A DNA stretch of 49,683 nt, from the NCBI GenBank assembly GCA_044356455.1, contig JBIKWF010000021.1:1-49683 (forward strand), given 5' to 3'. The position numbers and the translations under genes are program-made. The notes below the pieces were generated by a model. It was not told the origin of the DNA. It saw only the letters and a list, made by a program, of their open reading frames with translations, and searched no databases. The stretch comes from Bdellovibrionota bacterium (GTDB lineage: Bacteria > Bdellovibrionota_C > UBA2361 > JBGSMV01). Below, piece after piece: positions 18,632 through 28,742 of this stretch (the stretch's first letter is position 1; each line of letters begins with the position of its first letter).

Positions 18632-21600
18632 ATGAGGAATCTGCTTACCATTATCTTTCTACTTTTTTGCGGGACCTTGGAGGCGCACGCACAACCAATC
18701 GGCGAAGTTATTCTGAAAGACGCGCAGCTTCTCTGCCGCTACGACAGTTCAGCGGAGGAGGCCAAGCTCTTCACGCTTAAGGGCAATTCTCTTGGGAACA
18801 GCGAGCTCGCCAAGCTCATCAAGAAAACCAAAACGAGAAAGGAGAATCTTAGTCGTCTCTTGAAAGCGGAACTTAAACTGCCACGCCCGGACCAAGCTAA
18901 GGTGCGGCGACTGAAGAGCCGCATCAAGAAACTCCGCGTCCGAGTGAAAGCCCTGAGCCACGCGCCAAGTGACTGTGCCGCAGAAATAGAGCGCATCCTC
19001 TCCGCGAGGACTCCGACTGCGACGCCCGCTCCCACAGAGTTTCCCGCGCCTCCGCCACCACTTCCCACAACCGCGACTCCTACGCCTTCGGTCGAGCCGA
19101 GCCCAACATTTACCTTTTCCCCGAGTCCTAGCCCTAGCCAAACGGGAACACCAACCCGAACCCCATCAGCAACCGTGACCGGCACGAGCACGCCGAGCGC
19201 CAGCCCAACTCGCACTTCAACACCGACAGCAACCTCCACCCCGACGGCTACTACTACTCACACCGCCACCCCCTCACCGAGCCCAACGGGAACACCGACT
19301 CGCACCCCCTCAGCGACAGTAACCTCCACTCCAACTGCCACTGCTACTCACACCCCTACCCCATCGCCAAGTCCAACAGCGACGGCTACCCCGATACCGC
19401 CAAACTGCAATGACGGAATCGACAATGACCGCGACGGGGCTACGGACAGCGAAGACTTCTCTTGTCGATCGGGGGCCACAAGAGAGCATGAGCTACTCAG
19501 CCAATGTCAAGATGGCCTAGACAATGACAACGACGGGTGGGTCGACGGTGCCGATAGTTCCTGCTCTTTGTACGGACCTCAGGAGAACGACGAAGCGCCT
19601 GATCCGTTTGTTACTTTTGGGTGTTCAAATGGCATCGATGATGACTTGGACGGTCTCTATGATGGGTTTGATCCCGGTTGCAGAAATGCATTCGAGGAGG
19701 AGATTGGCCCTGACTGCGCGGATGGTGTGGATAACGACGGCGATGGGGCCATCGATCAGGGGGACGTGGGATGCACTGACGCCGGGTTTGAACGAGGCGT
19801 GGTGACTGAATGTCAAGATGGCCAAGATAATGACAATAGCGGGAAGGCCGACTTCCCTGCTGATCCGAATTGCCTATCATCCCAAGACCGCTTCGAGTTT
19901 CCATTCCAATTCACCGTCGCAAACGGGGGGTATCCTGTGGACGCGGGCTCAATACTCAATGAGTCCACGACCCGCCCCTTATCGATAGTCCCGGGCCCTG
20001 CCGGGGAACTTCGTTACGCCTTCGTTGACGCCCAAGGTTCCGCCCGCCTTTCACGGCGCTCAGTGAGCGGCCAGTGGGAGTTCCTTGGCTTGGATTGGAC
20101 CTGGACAGCCGATCCGACCCGCTTCCCCGCGCAGTGGCTAGGGGTGGAACAATCAATGTCCTCGCTGCGCCTCGTCTCTTCTCCTTCGTATCCGAATACG
20201 ATCATAGGCGTTGCCGCGCTCGACTACCGGATTAACCAGCAGAGAATCGATACGCACTCGTCCCACTTTGGGATGAGAATTGACCCAGACATGCGACCTC
20301 GCCTGTGGAATGGTGGCACGACCTACAGCGCCTCGGGAGGAAGAGCTCTTAATTTTACTTGGACCGGAGTGCCTAACGTAGCCTTCGCCTTCGGGCAACA
20401 CTTTGGGCTCCGCCTAGGAGGAACGGGAACTAGGCCCGGGGTCATCGGTAGTCCCCGTCGCCTCACCGCGGCTCGCCTGAACGGCTTGACACTTCAGTGG
20501 CAAGAATGGGGCTCAAGCGGATGGAGCGAGACGGGCGAGACGGTTCCCCTAGCAATCTCGGCAGAAGGGTCCTTAAGCGATGCTGAGATTGTAGCCATCC
20601 CAGGCCAAGACGAATTCGTTTTCCTCTATAAAAGTGATGATAATCAAAGAAACGAGCTGCCCGAAGCAACGCTCAAAGCGGCTCGCCTCAGCGGCCCCAA
20701 TCTGGATCGCTGGGAAGTCTGGAATAATGGCTGGCGGCCAAACAATACTGCCGGCTCTGACTTTGAGTCGGACCATATCGCGAGCGTGTCTGGGCTCGCC
20801 TTTCAAGCAGGCGCCCTATTTGTGCTTGAAGTGGAGCGTGAGGCGCAACAAGCTCCTGAACTTGTAGAGCTACGCTATGACAGCAGCTCACAAATCTGGA
20901 ATCGTATAGTTATTGGACGCGGCGCGACTCCGCGTATTGCGAGGACCGAAGGCGACGTTCTCTTTCTCGCCTATAGCCGTGAGGGCAGCATTATTCTTCG
21001 AAAGCGTGCAGGTGCTGGCTGGGAGCCCGAGCAACTGGTCACGCACTCTGCTTCGTTAACCGGAATCTCCGTCATTGGCAGCGAGCCCGTGGTTTTCAGC
21101 ACGCGCAATGAGGCGGGCACGGGGCGCCTTTACGCCCATGCAACAAATGGGTCGACGCTCCTTGACGACGAGAGCTTCAGGCCGAGGTCCACACCTCCCC
21201 GGGTTGTCGCCCTTCCGGAGGAACAGGGCGTACTTGAGCTTCTGCATGCAACCTCGGTGCGGATGAAAGTTTGGGACGACGACCCGGCACCTGATGGAAT
21301 AGCCAACGTTTTTCGGACCTTTGAAAGCTCCTACGGAGCGAGATCCTGTGGTCTCATGACCTGGATTCCCTCAGGGCGCTACCTCTGTCCACATGCCTTT
21401 TATCAGACCGTCACCAATTTCCCGGAGAATTACGTACCGCCAGCCGGATATGACGACGAGACTGGGCGAGGATGGGGAGGAGGCTGGGAATACTTTATGT
21501 TCCCAACCGCGTCGGCCTTTGACGAGCTGAGTGGAACTGTCTACATCGGGCACGAGATAAATCAGGGCGGAGGGGGTAACCAGCTACCAAGCGGAAAGCT

Positions 21601-22279
21601 TCAACTATGGAATGAAGCAGAGCTCACTCAGCATCGTGCGAGGAACCTCGCTGGCTATCCATGGCCGCGCTTTTTGGGAGACTCGTTCGGATACACCCCG
21701 CGAATAATGAGCGATTTTGACCTTCGAGCTGGAACTCAGCCCCTCAACTATCCCGCTGGCATGGTCGTTGATTCTGCAAGGCGAAGACTCTACCTTGCTG
21801 AAGCACGCGCAGATAGGGTGCTGCAGTTTAATCTCGATGAGCGCGGCAGCCCTATCCTCGCTTCACGACAAGCGATTACCGTCAGTGAAACGCTTAAGTT
21901 TCCCCAGGGACTAGCACTTGACCAGGCTGGGAACCTCTTCATTCTCGACTCAGGGAACAGCCGTATCGTCGTCATCGCCCCGAACGGAGAAGTCCTGCGA
22001 AGCTTCGGTCAATTCGGGAACGGTATCGGAGAACTTCGCTACCCCTATTCAATCTCAGTAGACTCTTCACGAAATCGCGTCTATGTAGGGGACGGCGAGC
22101 ACCCAGAAATTGAAGTTTTTTCCACCGACGGAACTCCGCTCTTTCATTTCTCCTCGGTCTCCGATGCAGGCGGTGGGGCTCCTCTTGTCATTTCCCAACT
22201 TGGAGGACTTGTGGCGCACGATGGTAGGCTCTGGGTCTCTGTGAATTCGAGAAGTATCGCGCGCATTCGGATTCCGTAG
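18632..22279 (+). CDS. Large secreted protein: basic N-domain, Pro/Thr/Ser linker, five Ca-binding Cys repeats, beta-propeller regions, C-terminal NHL repeats
   Basis: Signal peptide AHA-Q; CxDGxDNDxDGxxD..D..C five times; [35 protein letters not shown] and [13 protein letters not shown] repeats. Confidence 0.88.
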   Translation: MRNLLTIIFLLFCGTLEAHAQPIGEVILKDAQLLCRYDSSAEEAKLFTLKGNSLGNSELAKLIKKTKTRKENLSRLLKAELKLPRPDQAKVRRLKSRIKKLRVRVKALSHAPSDCAAEIERILSARTPTATPAPTEFPAPPPPLPTTATPTPSVEPSPTFTFSPSPSPSQTGTPTRTPSATVTGTSTPSASPTRTSTPTATSTPTATTTHTATPSPSPTGTPTRTPSATVTSTPTATATHTPTPSPSPTATATPIPPNCNDGIDNDRDGATDSEDFSCRSGATREHELLSQCQDGLDNDNDGWVDGADSSCSLYGPQENDEAPDPFVTFGCSNGIDDDLDGLYDGFDPGCRNAFEEEIGPDCADGVDNDGDGAIDQGDVGCTDAGFERGVVTECQDGQDNDNSGKADFPADPNCLSSQDRFEFPFQFTVANGGYPVDAGSILNESTTRPLSIVPGPAGELRYAFVDAQGSARLSRRSVSGQWEFLGLDWTWTADPTRFPAQWLGVEQSMSSLRLVSSPSYPNTIIGVAALDYRINQQRIDTHSSHFGMRIDPDMRPRLWNGGTTYSASGGRALNFTWTGVPNVAFAFGQHFGLRLGGTGTRPGVIGSPRRLTAARLNGLTLQWQEWGSSGWSETGETVPLAISAEGSLSDAEIVAIPGQDEFVFLYKSDDNQRNELPEATLKAARLSGPNLDRWEVWNNGWRPNNTAGSDFESDHIASVSGLAFQAGALFVLEVEREAQQAPELVELRYDSSSQIWNRIVIGRGATPRIARTEGDVLFLAYSREGSIILRKRAGAGWEPEQLVTHSASLTGISVIGSEPVVFSTRNEAGTGRLYAHATNGSTLLDDESFRPRSTPPRVVALPEEQGVLELLHATSVRMKVWDDDPAPDGIANVFRTFESSYGARSCGLMTWIPSGRYLCPHAFYQTVTNFPENYVPPAGYDDETGRGWGGGWEYFMFPTASAFDELSGTVYIGHEINQGGGGNQLPSGKLQLWNEAELTQHRARNLAGYPWPRFLGDSFGYTPRIMSDFDLRAGTQPLNYPAGMVVDSARRRLYLAEARADRVLQFNLDERGSPILASRQAITVSETLKFPQGLALDQAGNLFILDSGNSRIVVIAPNGEVLRSFGQFGNGIGELRYPYSISVDSSRNRVYVGDGEHPEIEVFSTDGTPLFHFSSVSDAGGGAPLVISQLGGLVAHDGRLWVSVNSRSIARIRIP

Positions 22280-22317
22280 AAAGAGCCGGTACGGTATTCG
22301 TTACTTCAGCGGCATTC

Positions 22318-23331
22318 CTAAATGCTTCCCCGAATTCTATTCGCAACCTTCGCCGGAAGTAGTGAAAGAATCCTAGAGAAAGTGTCCGGCGTAAACCCTA
22401 GTGCACTTTTTATTCGCGCATCTCTTTCCAATAAGTTTTTAGTTTCATGAGAGAATCTCCAATCCGCCCAAGATACCGAGCCCCTGATGAAATTCCAGAT
22501 AGATGAAATCGGAATCGGAAGATCGCTCCCATGGACCATCCGATCTTGGACAGCTGGTGAGAGAATTTCTCCAAAATGCGCCGAGCGAAGAGGCGTGTTC
22601 ATTCCGGAATTATCGCCATAAAGATTAGGATACCTTTCAATCATCTTGAGAAAGAGCGGCGTATAGTGGGCGTCCCACAAGAGCGCTCGAGTGCCGCAGT
22701 GGGCGGCGATTACCGTCACGCCACATTCAAGTGGCAAAGTCAGAACGCGTGGGTCTGCGTAACTTGCATTAGTCACTGGAACGCTAAGTTCTCCGCCCGT
22801 ATGAGAAAGAAACGGGATGTGCGCTTCCGCGAGACGCTCCCAAAATTTTGTAAAGCGCTTATCAGAGCAATTGACGTTCTGGCAGTTCGGCAGGAGCTTA
22901 AGCATTGCCGCCCCTGACTCGATACATCTCTCGAGTTCATCAAGCGCGTCAGGACGTGCGGGGTGAATGGCAACGGCGGGAATGAAACAATCTGGGTACT
23001 GCCTCGCCAGGGCGAGGACATAGTCATTGGGCGTGTAGAACGAGCCAAGATTTTCACATGGCCGTCCACTCTCATCGTAAACTTTCTCATGCGCGAGAAG
23101 TATTGCGGCATCTAAGGAAGAATCTCGCACCATCTCCACAAGCCGCTTCACGTATAGTTCGTCAAGTCCCGACTCCAGAGCTGAGGCAGGAAGCCCTAGG
23201 CTCGAAAGAATAATTCTTGAGAGAAGCTTGTGATAAGGCTTGCGTAGCCGCAGCCAACAGCCACTGCCCGAGGAGCCGTCGCCTAGGACGTGGACATGCG
23301 CGTCTATTCGTATGGTCTTTCCATTCTTCAT
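22318..23331 (-). CDS. Amidohydrolase_2 family metal-dependent hydrolase
   Basis: IDAHVH, HTGGE, AAHCG and HGSDLP motifs; start set at MKNGK (23331), an upstream start at 23403 is possible. Confidence 0.88.
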   Translation of the reverse strand: MKNGKTIRIDAHVHVLGDGSSGSGCWLRLRKPYHKLLSRIILSSLGLPASALESGLDELYVKRLVEMVRDSSLDAAILLAHEKVYDESGRPCENLGSFYTPNDYVLALARQYPDCFIPAVAIHPARPDALDELERCIESGAAMLKLLPNCQNVNCSDKRFTKFWERLAEAHIPFLSHTGGELSVPVTNASYADPRVLTLPLECGVTVIAAHCGTRALLWDAHYTPLFLKMIERYPNLYGDNSGMNTPLRSAHFGEILSPAVQDRMVHGSDLPIPISSIWNFIRGSVSWADWRFSHETKNLLERDARIKSALGFTPDTFSRILSLLPAKVANRIRGSI

Positions 23332-23677
23332 TCTTTTATAAGGCTGAGGCCCCTGAATGGTTTGGTTGCTAAACCAGAAAACAGCTTGGGAGAAGTATGC
23401 CAATCCTTCGGCGATGGCACCACTCCTCTCTTACCTAACAACTCTGCATCTATAACCACATGCTCTTCGCAGTCTCATCTCAGTTGCTCACGCTTTATTC
23501 AAGGCTTGAGTGTACTGATAAACTTCCTGCCCCGTCGCATTTAAGGTGTTCTCGCCTCAGTGCGTTTCATGAGTTACCGCTGCGAATTTCTTATTTTGAA
23601 ACACACCATTGGGACACCCATAACCTCCCCCTTGTCCAGGCAACCTTCCCTCGAATACTCCGAATATACGTGGATAA

Positions 23678-23780
23678 GAGTCTGTCCTCTAGAAAATCTC
23701 TACCACTACATCCCGCGATGGTAGGTAACGGGACAACCTAACTACGGAATGCATCCTAGGTTGTCTTGTTGCTAGACTCC
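23678..23780. mobile_element. Degenerate MITE family B copy (inverted relative to 18217-18333)
   Basis: gagtctgtcctctagaaaatctctaccactacat...cgggacaacctaactacgga aligns to the reverse complement of ~18262-18330. Confidence 0.65.
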
Positions 23781-24000
23781 GGAGTATCGCCTTGTGCACG
23801 GAGACGAGGCTGGGCGTCGCCGATAGGCGAAGGCGGTGAGGATATACGAAACCAGCTCCAGATAAAAAACTCACTCGAAGGAGAGCGCGAATGGCGAGCG
23901 GTGATACCGGCGAGAGCCACCAGTTGCCAGCCCTCGCCCCTAATTCAAATTACCACTTCCGGTAGCAAGAGTGGCAATCGGTGTGCGCTCATTTGTTATA

Positions 24001-24669
24001 TCACCCTTGTATGGTCGATCGTCTAATTAGTTCAACAGAAGGTGCTCCTCCGAACAAAAGTTGTCCATCATGATCTATGACTGCTGAAACATGTGATGGG
24101 CCAAGGCCAATGTGAAATCCTAATAATCCATCTATACCCACGAGCGAGTTGGGACTTACATGGTTGAGGCTAATGACTGCGCCTTCGCCTACTATTATCG
24201 CCTTACCTTCAATTTTCACACCCTGATAAGCAAGAAGTTCAGCTATTGGCATCGTACGTGCGGCTTCCACGACTTCGGAACAACCCGTAGGGTGATTGCG
24301 ATAATATGCTTCTAATTCAGGTTGTTTAGCTATGAGTGCTCTAAGGGCTGGACGGACCGTAAGATTTTGGCCCCCGTTATTACGTATCCGACTTGGCCGA
24401 CAACTTTCCAATTGAGAGCGAATTTCATCAATAACATCCTGAGAGGTCTCTACCCTTAATGGGCCTCCAATTGCTCTTCCTGCATGCAACGCAAGAACCT
24501 TAATAACATTTCTCGACAAAGTAGCTTGTAATGCAGGCGCCTCAGAAAATGCTCGAGCGACGCCTTCTTCACTAATAAGTTTATGATCGATTGCTGGCGC
24601 AAGTTGTTCTTGAACAACTCTAGGGCTTCCAATAAATCCTGTCTCTAATCGCGCGTTGGTTGTTAACAT
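24001..24669 (-). CDS. Hypothetical protein
   Basis: 222-aa ORF 29 nt downstream of 24699..25484; visibly AT-richer than neighbours. Confidence 0.6.
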   Translation of the reverse strand: MLTTNARLETGFIGSPRVVQEQLAPAIDHKLISEEGVARAFSEAPALQATLSRNVIKVLALHAGRAIGGPLRVETSQDVIDEIRSQLESCRPSRIRNNGGQNLTVRPALRALIAKQPELEAYYRNHPTGCSEVVEAARTMPIAELLAYQGVKIEGKAIIVGEGAVISLNHVSPNSLVGIDGLLGFHIGLGPSHVSAVIDHDGQLLFGGAPSVELIRRSTIQG

Positions 24670-24698
24670 GTTATATCCGTTATGCTGATAGTTTTTGT

Positions 24699-25484
24699 TT
24701 ATTGACGGACCACGTAAGCTTCTGGGCTCGAATAAAGTTGCTTCATCTGCGGCAAGCTAGTAACGACTACAGGGGTAAAGTTGGGCAAGCCGTCTACGAA
24801 CGAGTTGCTTCCGAGTTTCTGGATTATGAGGGGCTGACCATCACTCCCGACTCCGAGAACCATTCCAAAATGCGTGAGCGCCCGCTCTGATTTGCCAACA
24901 GCAACCACTTGGCCCACGCTTAGGGAACGGTCACTCTCACAAGGCGTGATACGCCACGTTGAGTAGTTGAATTTGCCGTAAGTGTAGCTAACCTCAGCTA
25001 GTCCCATAGCGAAGGAAATACAATCCGAATCGAAGGGTGTTCCCTCTCTCAAGAATCTGAGTAGCCCGCGCTCAAGTTTTTCGGGGAGCGGCAACAAGCG
25101 GCTCTCGCCCGTCGGCGAGATTTCAACAACGGAGACTCTCGTCTGCTCCGCGGAGGCGAAGGACCTCACTCCACTCAGAGGAAACGTATATGGGCGCCCC
25201 TGCTGATCGGTTTTTAACCCATTATAGCTTGTCTTCCATACCGTGGCGCCGGTGAATGAACCACTCGGCAACACCTCGTTCCCTTTGGTGCGCATTTCGA
25301 GGCCGGGATGTACCGAAACTACAAACGTCTCCGGATTGAGCTCCTGAGGAATCGGGGATTTCGACATGGCCTGTATCGGGCTCGCATTATCAGCCGAGCC
25401 TCGGTAATTCGCACATCCACCAAAAGTGGCTGATGCCAGAGTAAGAACTGCGGTTCCTATTGCTGCCTTGCAGTTGACCTGCAT
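24699..25484 (-). CDS. Putative lipoprotein with papain-like (NlpC/P60-type) Cys-His domain
   Basis: Lipobox-like FGG-C; FDSDCISFA, GQVVAV, LTHFGMVLG and IIQKLG pattern; AGGAG RBS. Confidence 0.6.
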   Translation of the reverse strand: MQVNCKAAIGTAVLTLASATFGGCANYRGSADNASPIQAMSKSPIPQELNPETFVVSVHPGLEMRTKGNEVLPSGSFTGATVWKTSYNGLKTDQQGRPYTFPLSGVRSFASAEQTRVSVVEISPTGESRLLPLPEKLERGLLRFLREGTPFDSDCISFAMGLAEVSYTYGKFNYSTWRITPCESDRSLSVGQVVAVGKSERALTHFGMVLGVGSDGQPLIIQKLGSNSFVDGLPNFTPVVVTSLPQMKQLYSSPEAYVVRQ

Positions 25485-25576
25485 ATCGCTACAACTCCTA
25501 TTGGTTAGTCTCTCTATAAGAACGCAATCTGAGCACTGCTATGCAGCTCAAATGGGTGCGCAGTAGCGGCGGATCG

Positions 25577-25715
25577 CTAAGAAGCCTCTGAAAAACCTCT
25601 TCTTCCCCTTCGCGTCCTTCGCGTTATTTCGCAATATATCGCGTACCTGCAATGTTTGGGTTTAACGCGAAGGACACGAAGAGCACGAAGGATGACTTTT
25701 TCAGAGGCTCCCTAA
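25577..25715. mobile_element. MITE family A with CTAA target duplication
   Basis: ctaa-gaagcctctgaaaaa ... tttttcagaggctcc-ctaa; internal stem cttcgcgtccttcgcgtta / taacgcgaaggacacgaag. Confidence 0.8.
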
Positions 25716-26190
25716 CTTCAACGATTCTCACCGCGACTGAGGTCTCCCTACTACTCAGTAATGAGCAACCGTGCGCGCTAGTGATGTAATTGATGAAATT
25801 ATCAGCTGGGGAGAATTGCGCCGCAGTCTCGATGCATGCGGCGGTGAATGGTCTCCCAGGGTGGCCGCTCGCCCTTCTGAACGAGAATTCTTAGATGCCA
25901 ATTCCTCCGATGACTTCGGCGCATGGCTACGCTCGAGGGACTTGAGAGTCTATCTCACCTCAATCAACCTTCGGCTCAGCACTTCACGGCTCGAGTCCAT
26001 GCTTGAGCGAACTTAAGCCCTTTAAGATCTCACTCTTCGCCTCAACCCACCGGCCATTCCAACGCTACAAAGCCCGCACGCTCACCAGCAATTCAACCAA
26101 CTTAAAAATAGCCCAGAGCTAGAAGCAGATTAATCAATTAGCTCATAGGGTTAGACCGTTTCTCCAATGCCCTATGCTCCATTGTTTCTG

Positions 26191-26291
26191 GCGGCAATCC
26201 AAGCGGCAAAATAACCGGCATATTTTTAGAAGTTGAACCATCTAACATATTGATATAAATTGTTAATGTAGCATCTACTGAGCGGCAAAAT
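26191..26291. promoter_or_regulatory. Direct-repeat operator array plus IHF site upstream of fic
   Basis: gcggcaa/gcggcaa/ccggcat at 12-bp period (26191, 26203, 26215); agcggcaaaat repeated exactly at 26202 and 26281; WATCAANNNNTTR match on the minus strand at 26243-26255. Confidence 0.5.
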
Positions 26292-27489
26292 GGAACGCAT
26301 TTTACTACCTGATTTGATGGAGCCTTTGCTTCCGCCGCCTGGCTCTCGGCGGCTAGAAGATCTCGCTGTTGAGCTTATTGCTCGCAACGCAAGCCTTGCC
26401 GGAAAGATTTCAAAAGAAACCGTCGGTGCCGTTTCGAAGCTAGTTCGCTCGATGAATTGTTACTACAGCAATCTAATAGAGGGGCATAACACTCACCCAG
26501 TCGACATCGAGCGCGCGCTTAACGGTGAATACTCTAAGGAACCCGCTAAGCGAAATCTGCAACTCGAGGCATTTGCTCATATCGAGGTTCAGGCGCTCAT
26601 AGATAGCGGGGATGTCGAGCTCTCAAGAATAACATCGTGGAACTATATCTCGTGGCTCCACAAAGAGTTTTGCAAACGACTTCCGGAGGAGCTTCTTACT
26701 AGTCGCGATCCGGAAGCCAAGAAAGAAGTGCAGGTCTTACCCGGAGCCCTCCGCAGCGACGAGGTAATTGTCGGTAATCATTTGGCTCCAGTTGCATGCG
26801 AGCTGCCGAAATTTCTGGCGCTTTTTGAGAGGCGCTACAACGCAGTTGAGCTTTCCGCATTAATGCGTGTGATTGCAGTACCTGCTGCCCATCATCGACT
26901 TCTCTGGATCCATCCTTTTGTCGATGGAAACGGTCGAGTTGCAAGACTATTCAGTCACGCCTTTCTAAAGACGATCGGAGCTGGTAGCGGACTGTGGTCG
27001 ACCTCTCGTGGACTTGCGCGGAATGTATCGGAATATAAAGAGCGCCTGGCTGGTGCGGATCGCTGGAGAGAACACGATACTGATGGTCGAGGAAGCTTAA
27101 GCCTTGCTGGACTTATTGAGTTCTGCGAATTTTTTCTTACGACTTGCATCGATCAAGTAAAATTCATGGAAACGCTTCTCGAGCCGGGGATGCTAACTGA
27201 GCGGGTACGCGAGTATTGCGCTAAACAGGTGCAGATCAAGGCACTACCACGCGGATCCTTTGAGCTCCTGCGCGAACTAATTCTTTCCGGCTCGGTCGCG
27301 CGCGCGAGGGTGCCCTCAATTACGAACTACCAAGAACGCCAAAGCCGTACCATCGTATCAGAACTAATCAAGCGTGGATTACTACAGTCGGAATCCACTC
27401 GCGCGGAATTAAGGCTTCACATTCCCTATAATGTGGTTGAAAGTTGGTTTCCACGCCTATATCCACCCCTTCAGCCCGGTGCCCTCTAA
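26290..27489 (+). CDS. fic: Fic family protein with N-terminal inhibitory motif and C-terminal HTH-like region
   Basis: Canonical HPFVDGNGRVAR; SNLIEG matches the (S/T)xxxE(G/N) auto-inhibitory helix. Confidence 0.92.
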   Translation: MERILLPDLMEPLLPPPGSRRLEDLAVELIARNASLAGKISKETVGAVSKLVRSMNCYYSNLIEGHNTHPVDIERALNGEYSKEPAKRNLQLEAFAHIEVQALIDSGDVELSRITSWNYISWLHKEFCKRLPEELLTSRDPEAKKEVQVLPGALRSDEVIVGNHLAPVACELPKFLALFERRYNAVELSALMRVIAVPAAHHRLLWIHPFVDGNGRVARLFSHAFLKTIGAGSGLWSTSRGLARNVSEYKERLAGADRWREHDTDGRGSLSLAGLIEFCEFFLTTCIDQVKFMETLLEPGMLTERVREYCAKQVQIKALPRGSFELLRELILSGSVARARVPSITNYQERQSRTIVSELIKRGLLQSESTRAELRLHIPYNVVESWFPRLYPPLQPGAL

Positions 27490-27535
27490 CTTTTTAGGCC
27501 GCCTAACTTTGGGGGATCTCCGAAGGGGCCACTGA

Positions 27536-27579
27536 GGACACCCACACTCCAAATCCATGGGAGTAAAGAGTGGGTGTCC
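27536..27579. terminator. Stem-loop/REP between convergent genes
   Basis: ggacacccac / gtgggtgtcc perfect 10-bp stem with inner actcc/ggagt. Confidence 0.5.
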
Positions 27580-27601
27580 CATAATGATGGATGGCTAGCC
27601 T

Positions 27602-28633
27602 TCAGTCACCCATCGCCGGATACCCATTCTTGACCTGCCGCTCCCGGCGCATCTTGAAACATACTGAATATGCCGTTTTGCCATCAGTCAAATCAAACGT
27701 AGCTACTCCTCCTTCCGCAAGTAGTTCGCCTACGAGGCTGCAAGCCAAGGAAAGGTGTCGATAAGGGGCGTATTTGAAAATGGGAAGCGAAATATTGCGT
27801 GCGAGGACGCCGTTTTTCGTCCAACGCGTCTGGAATATGCCTTCGCTGCGAGGGGCAATCGTGGACATAAGAAGTAAGGGTTGACCGCGGTACATGCCAT
27901 CGGCGCTCGGCTTAATCGAAGATGCTTTACTTCCTCGAAAGGGGATTTCTCTGAACGAAACGCCAAGCGAACTCCCCTGAGAAAGCTGACTTGAAGCAAC
28001 TTTTGAAAGATCCACTTTCATTCTTACCAGGTACTTATCAGTGGCCTTGCCGCAGGTGTTCTTTTGCAAAAGACCAAGCACGGTGTCGGAAACAAGACCA
28101 TCGGGGGAAGGGGGAGGCGTAGGGGTATTTTCATCTCCGCCTCCTGCTCTTTCGCAATATTGTTCAGGGGTAATACCCGCAAGCTCGGGGGTTCCCTCAA
28201 TCAGCCGCCGATATGCCTCAAGCTGCTCCGGTGTACATTCCCCTTGCGCAGATACGAGAGCTGCACTTGCTGAGGGCGATACAAGCCTAAGCGCCTTCCT
28301 TGCGCCTTCGCTATCACGGAGCTGCATGGCATAGGAACCGCTCAATGCGATAACTGCCTGTGCGGGAGCCCCGCGTAGCCTCGCTACTTCAAGGGTGGCA
28401 GCCGCTCCACCTGGTCCCTTGAGTGTCATCTCTACGGTGCGAGTCTCATTGCCTTTCGAGATATAATAGAAATAAATGGGTGCATTGAGGTCCGTGTTCG
28501 GTTGAAGGGCATGGGCTACTTCTAGCCCTTTCCCCTTGGCCTCAATCGCAGTCTGAGCCATGCATGGGAGTGCAGGTGCTGCCATCACCACGCAAGCGAT
28601 CATCAGCGCATTCAGATAATTAAATGTTTTCAT
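27602..28633 (-). CDS. Secreted hypothetical protein
   Basis: Signal peptide from MKTFNY (start moved to 28633); short Pro/Thr hinge between two domains. Confidence 0.7.
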   Translation of the reverse strand: MKTFNYLNALMIACVVMAAPALPCMAQTAIEAKGKGLEVAHALQPNTDLNAPIYFYYISKGNETRTVEMTLKGPGGAAATLEVARLRGAPAQAVIALSGSYAMQLRDSEGARKALRLVSPSASAALVSAQGECTPEQLEAYRRLIEGTPELAGITPEQYCERAGGGDENTPTPPPSPDGLVSDTVLGLLQKNTCGKATDKYLVRMKVDLSKVASSQLSQGSSLGVSFREIPFRGSKASSIKPSADGMYRGQPLLLMSTIAPRSEGIFQTRWTKNGVLARNISLPIFKYAPYRHLSLACSLVGELLAEGGVATFDLTDGKTAYSVCFKMRRERQVKNGYPAMGD

Positions 28634-28742
28634 ATGACAACCTATTCGCTTATGCAGCGCGAACCACCACACCTTGATTACTATTTGGGTTATTAGGCTT
28701 GATCGAGAAAAAGTGGCCTAAAGAGGGCCCGAGACAGAAGAA

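Noticed and set aside
19000..19400. DNA repeat array in the Pro/Thr linkers (also ~8550-8780 and ~30460-30640) and the antisense ORFs over them
   Set aside because: Low-complexity protein linkers with degenerate codons; the antisense Val/Gly-rich ORFs are shadows.
23460..24026. ORFs 23460..23741, 23689..23874 and 23766..24026
   Set aside because: They overlap MITE/REP remnants and have no RBS or protein-like features.
25771..26016. 81-aa ORF upstream of fic as an antitoxin
   Set aside because: GTG start without a clear RBS, ends ~270 bp before fic, and Fic carries its own inhibitory motif; cannot be supported.
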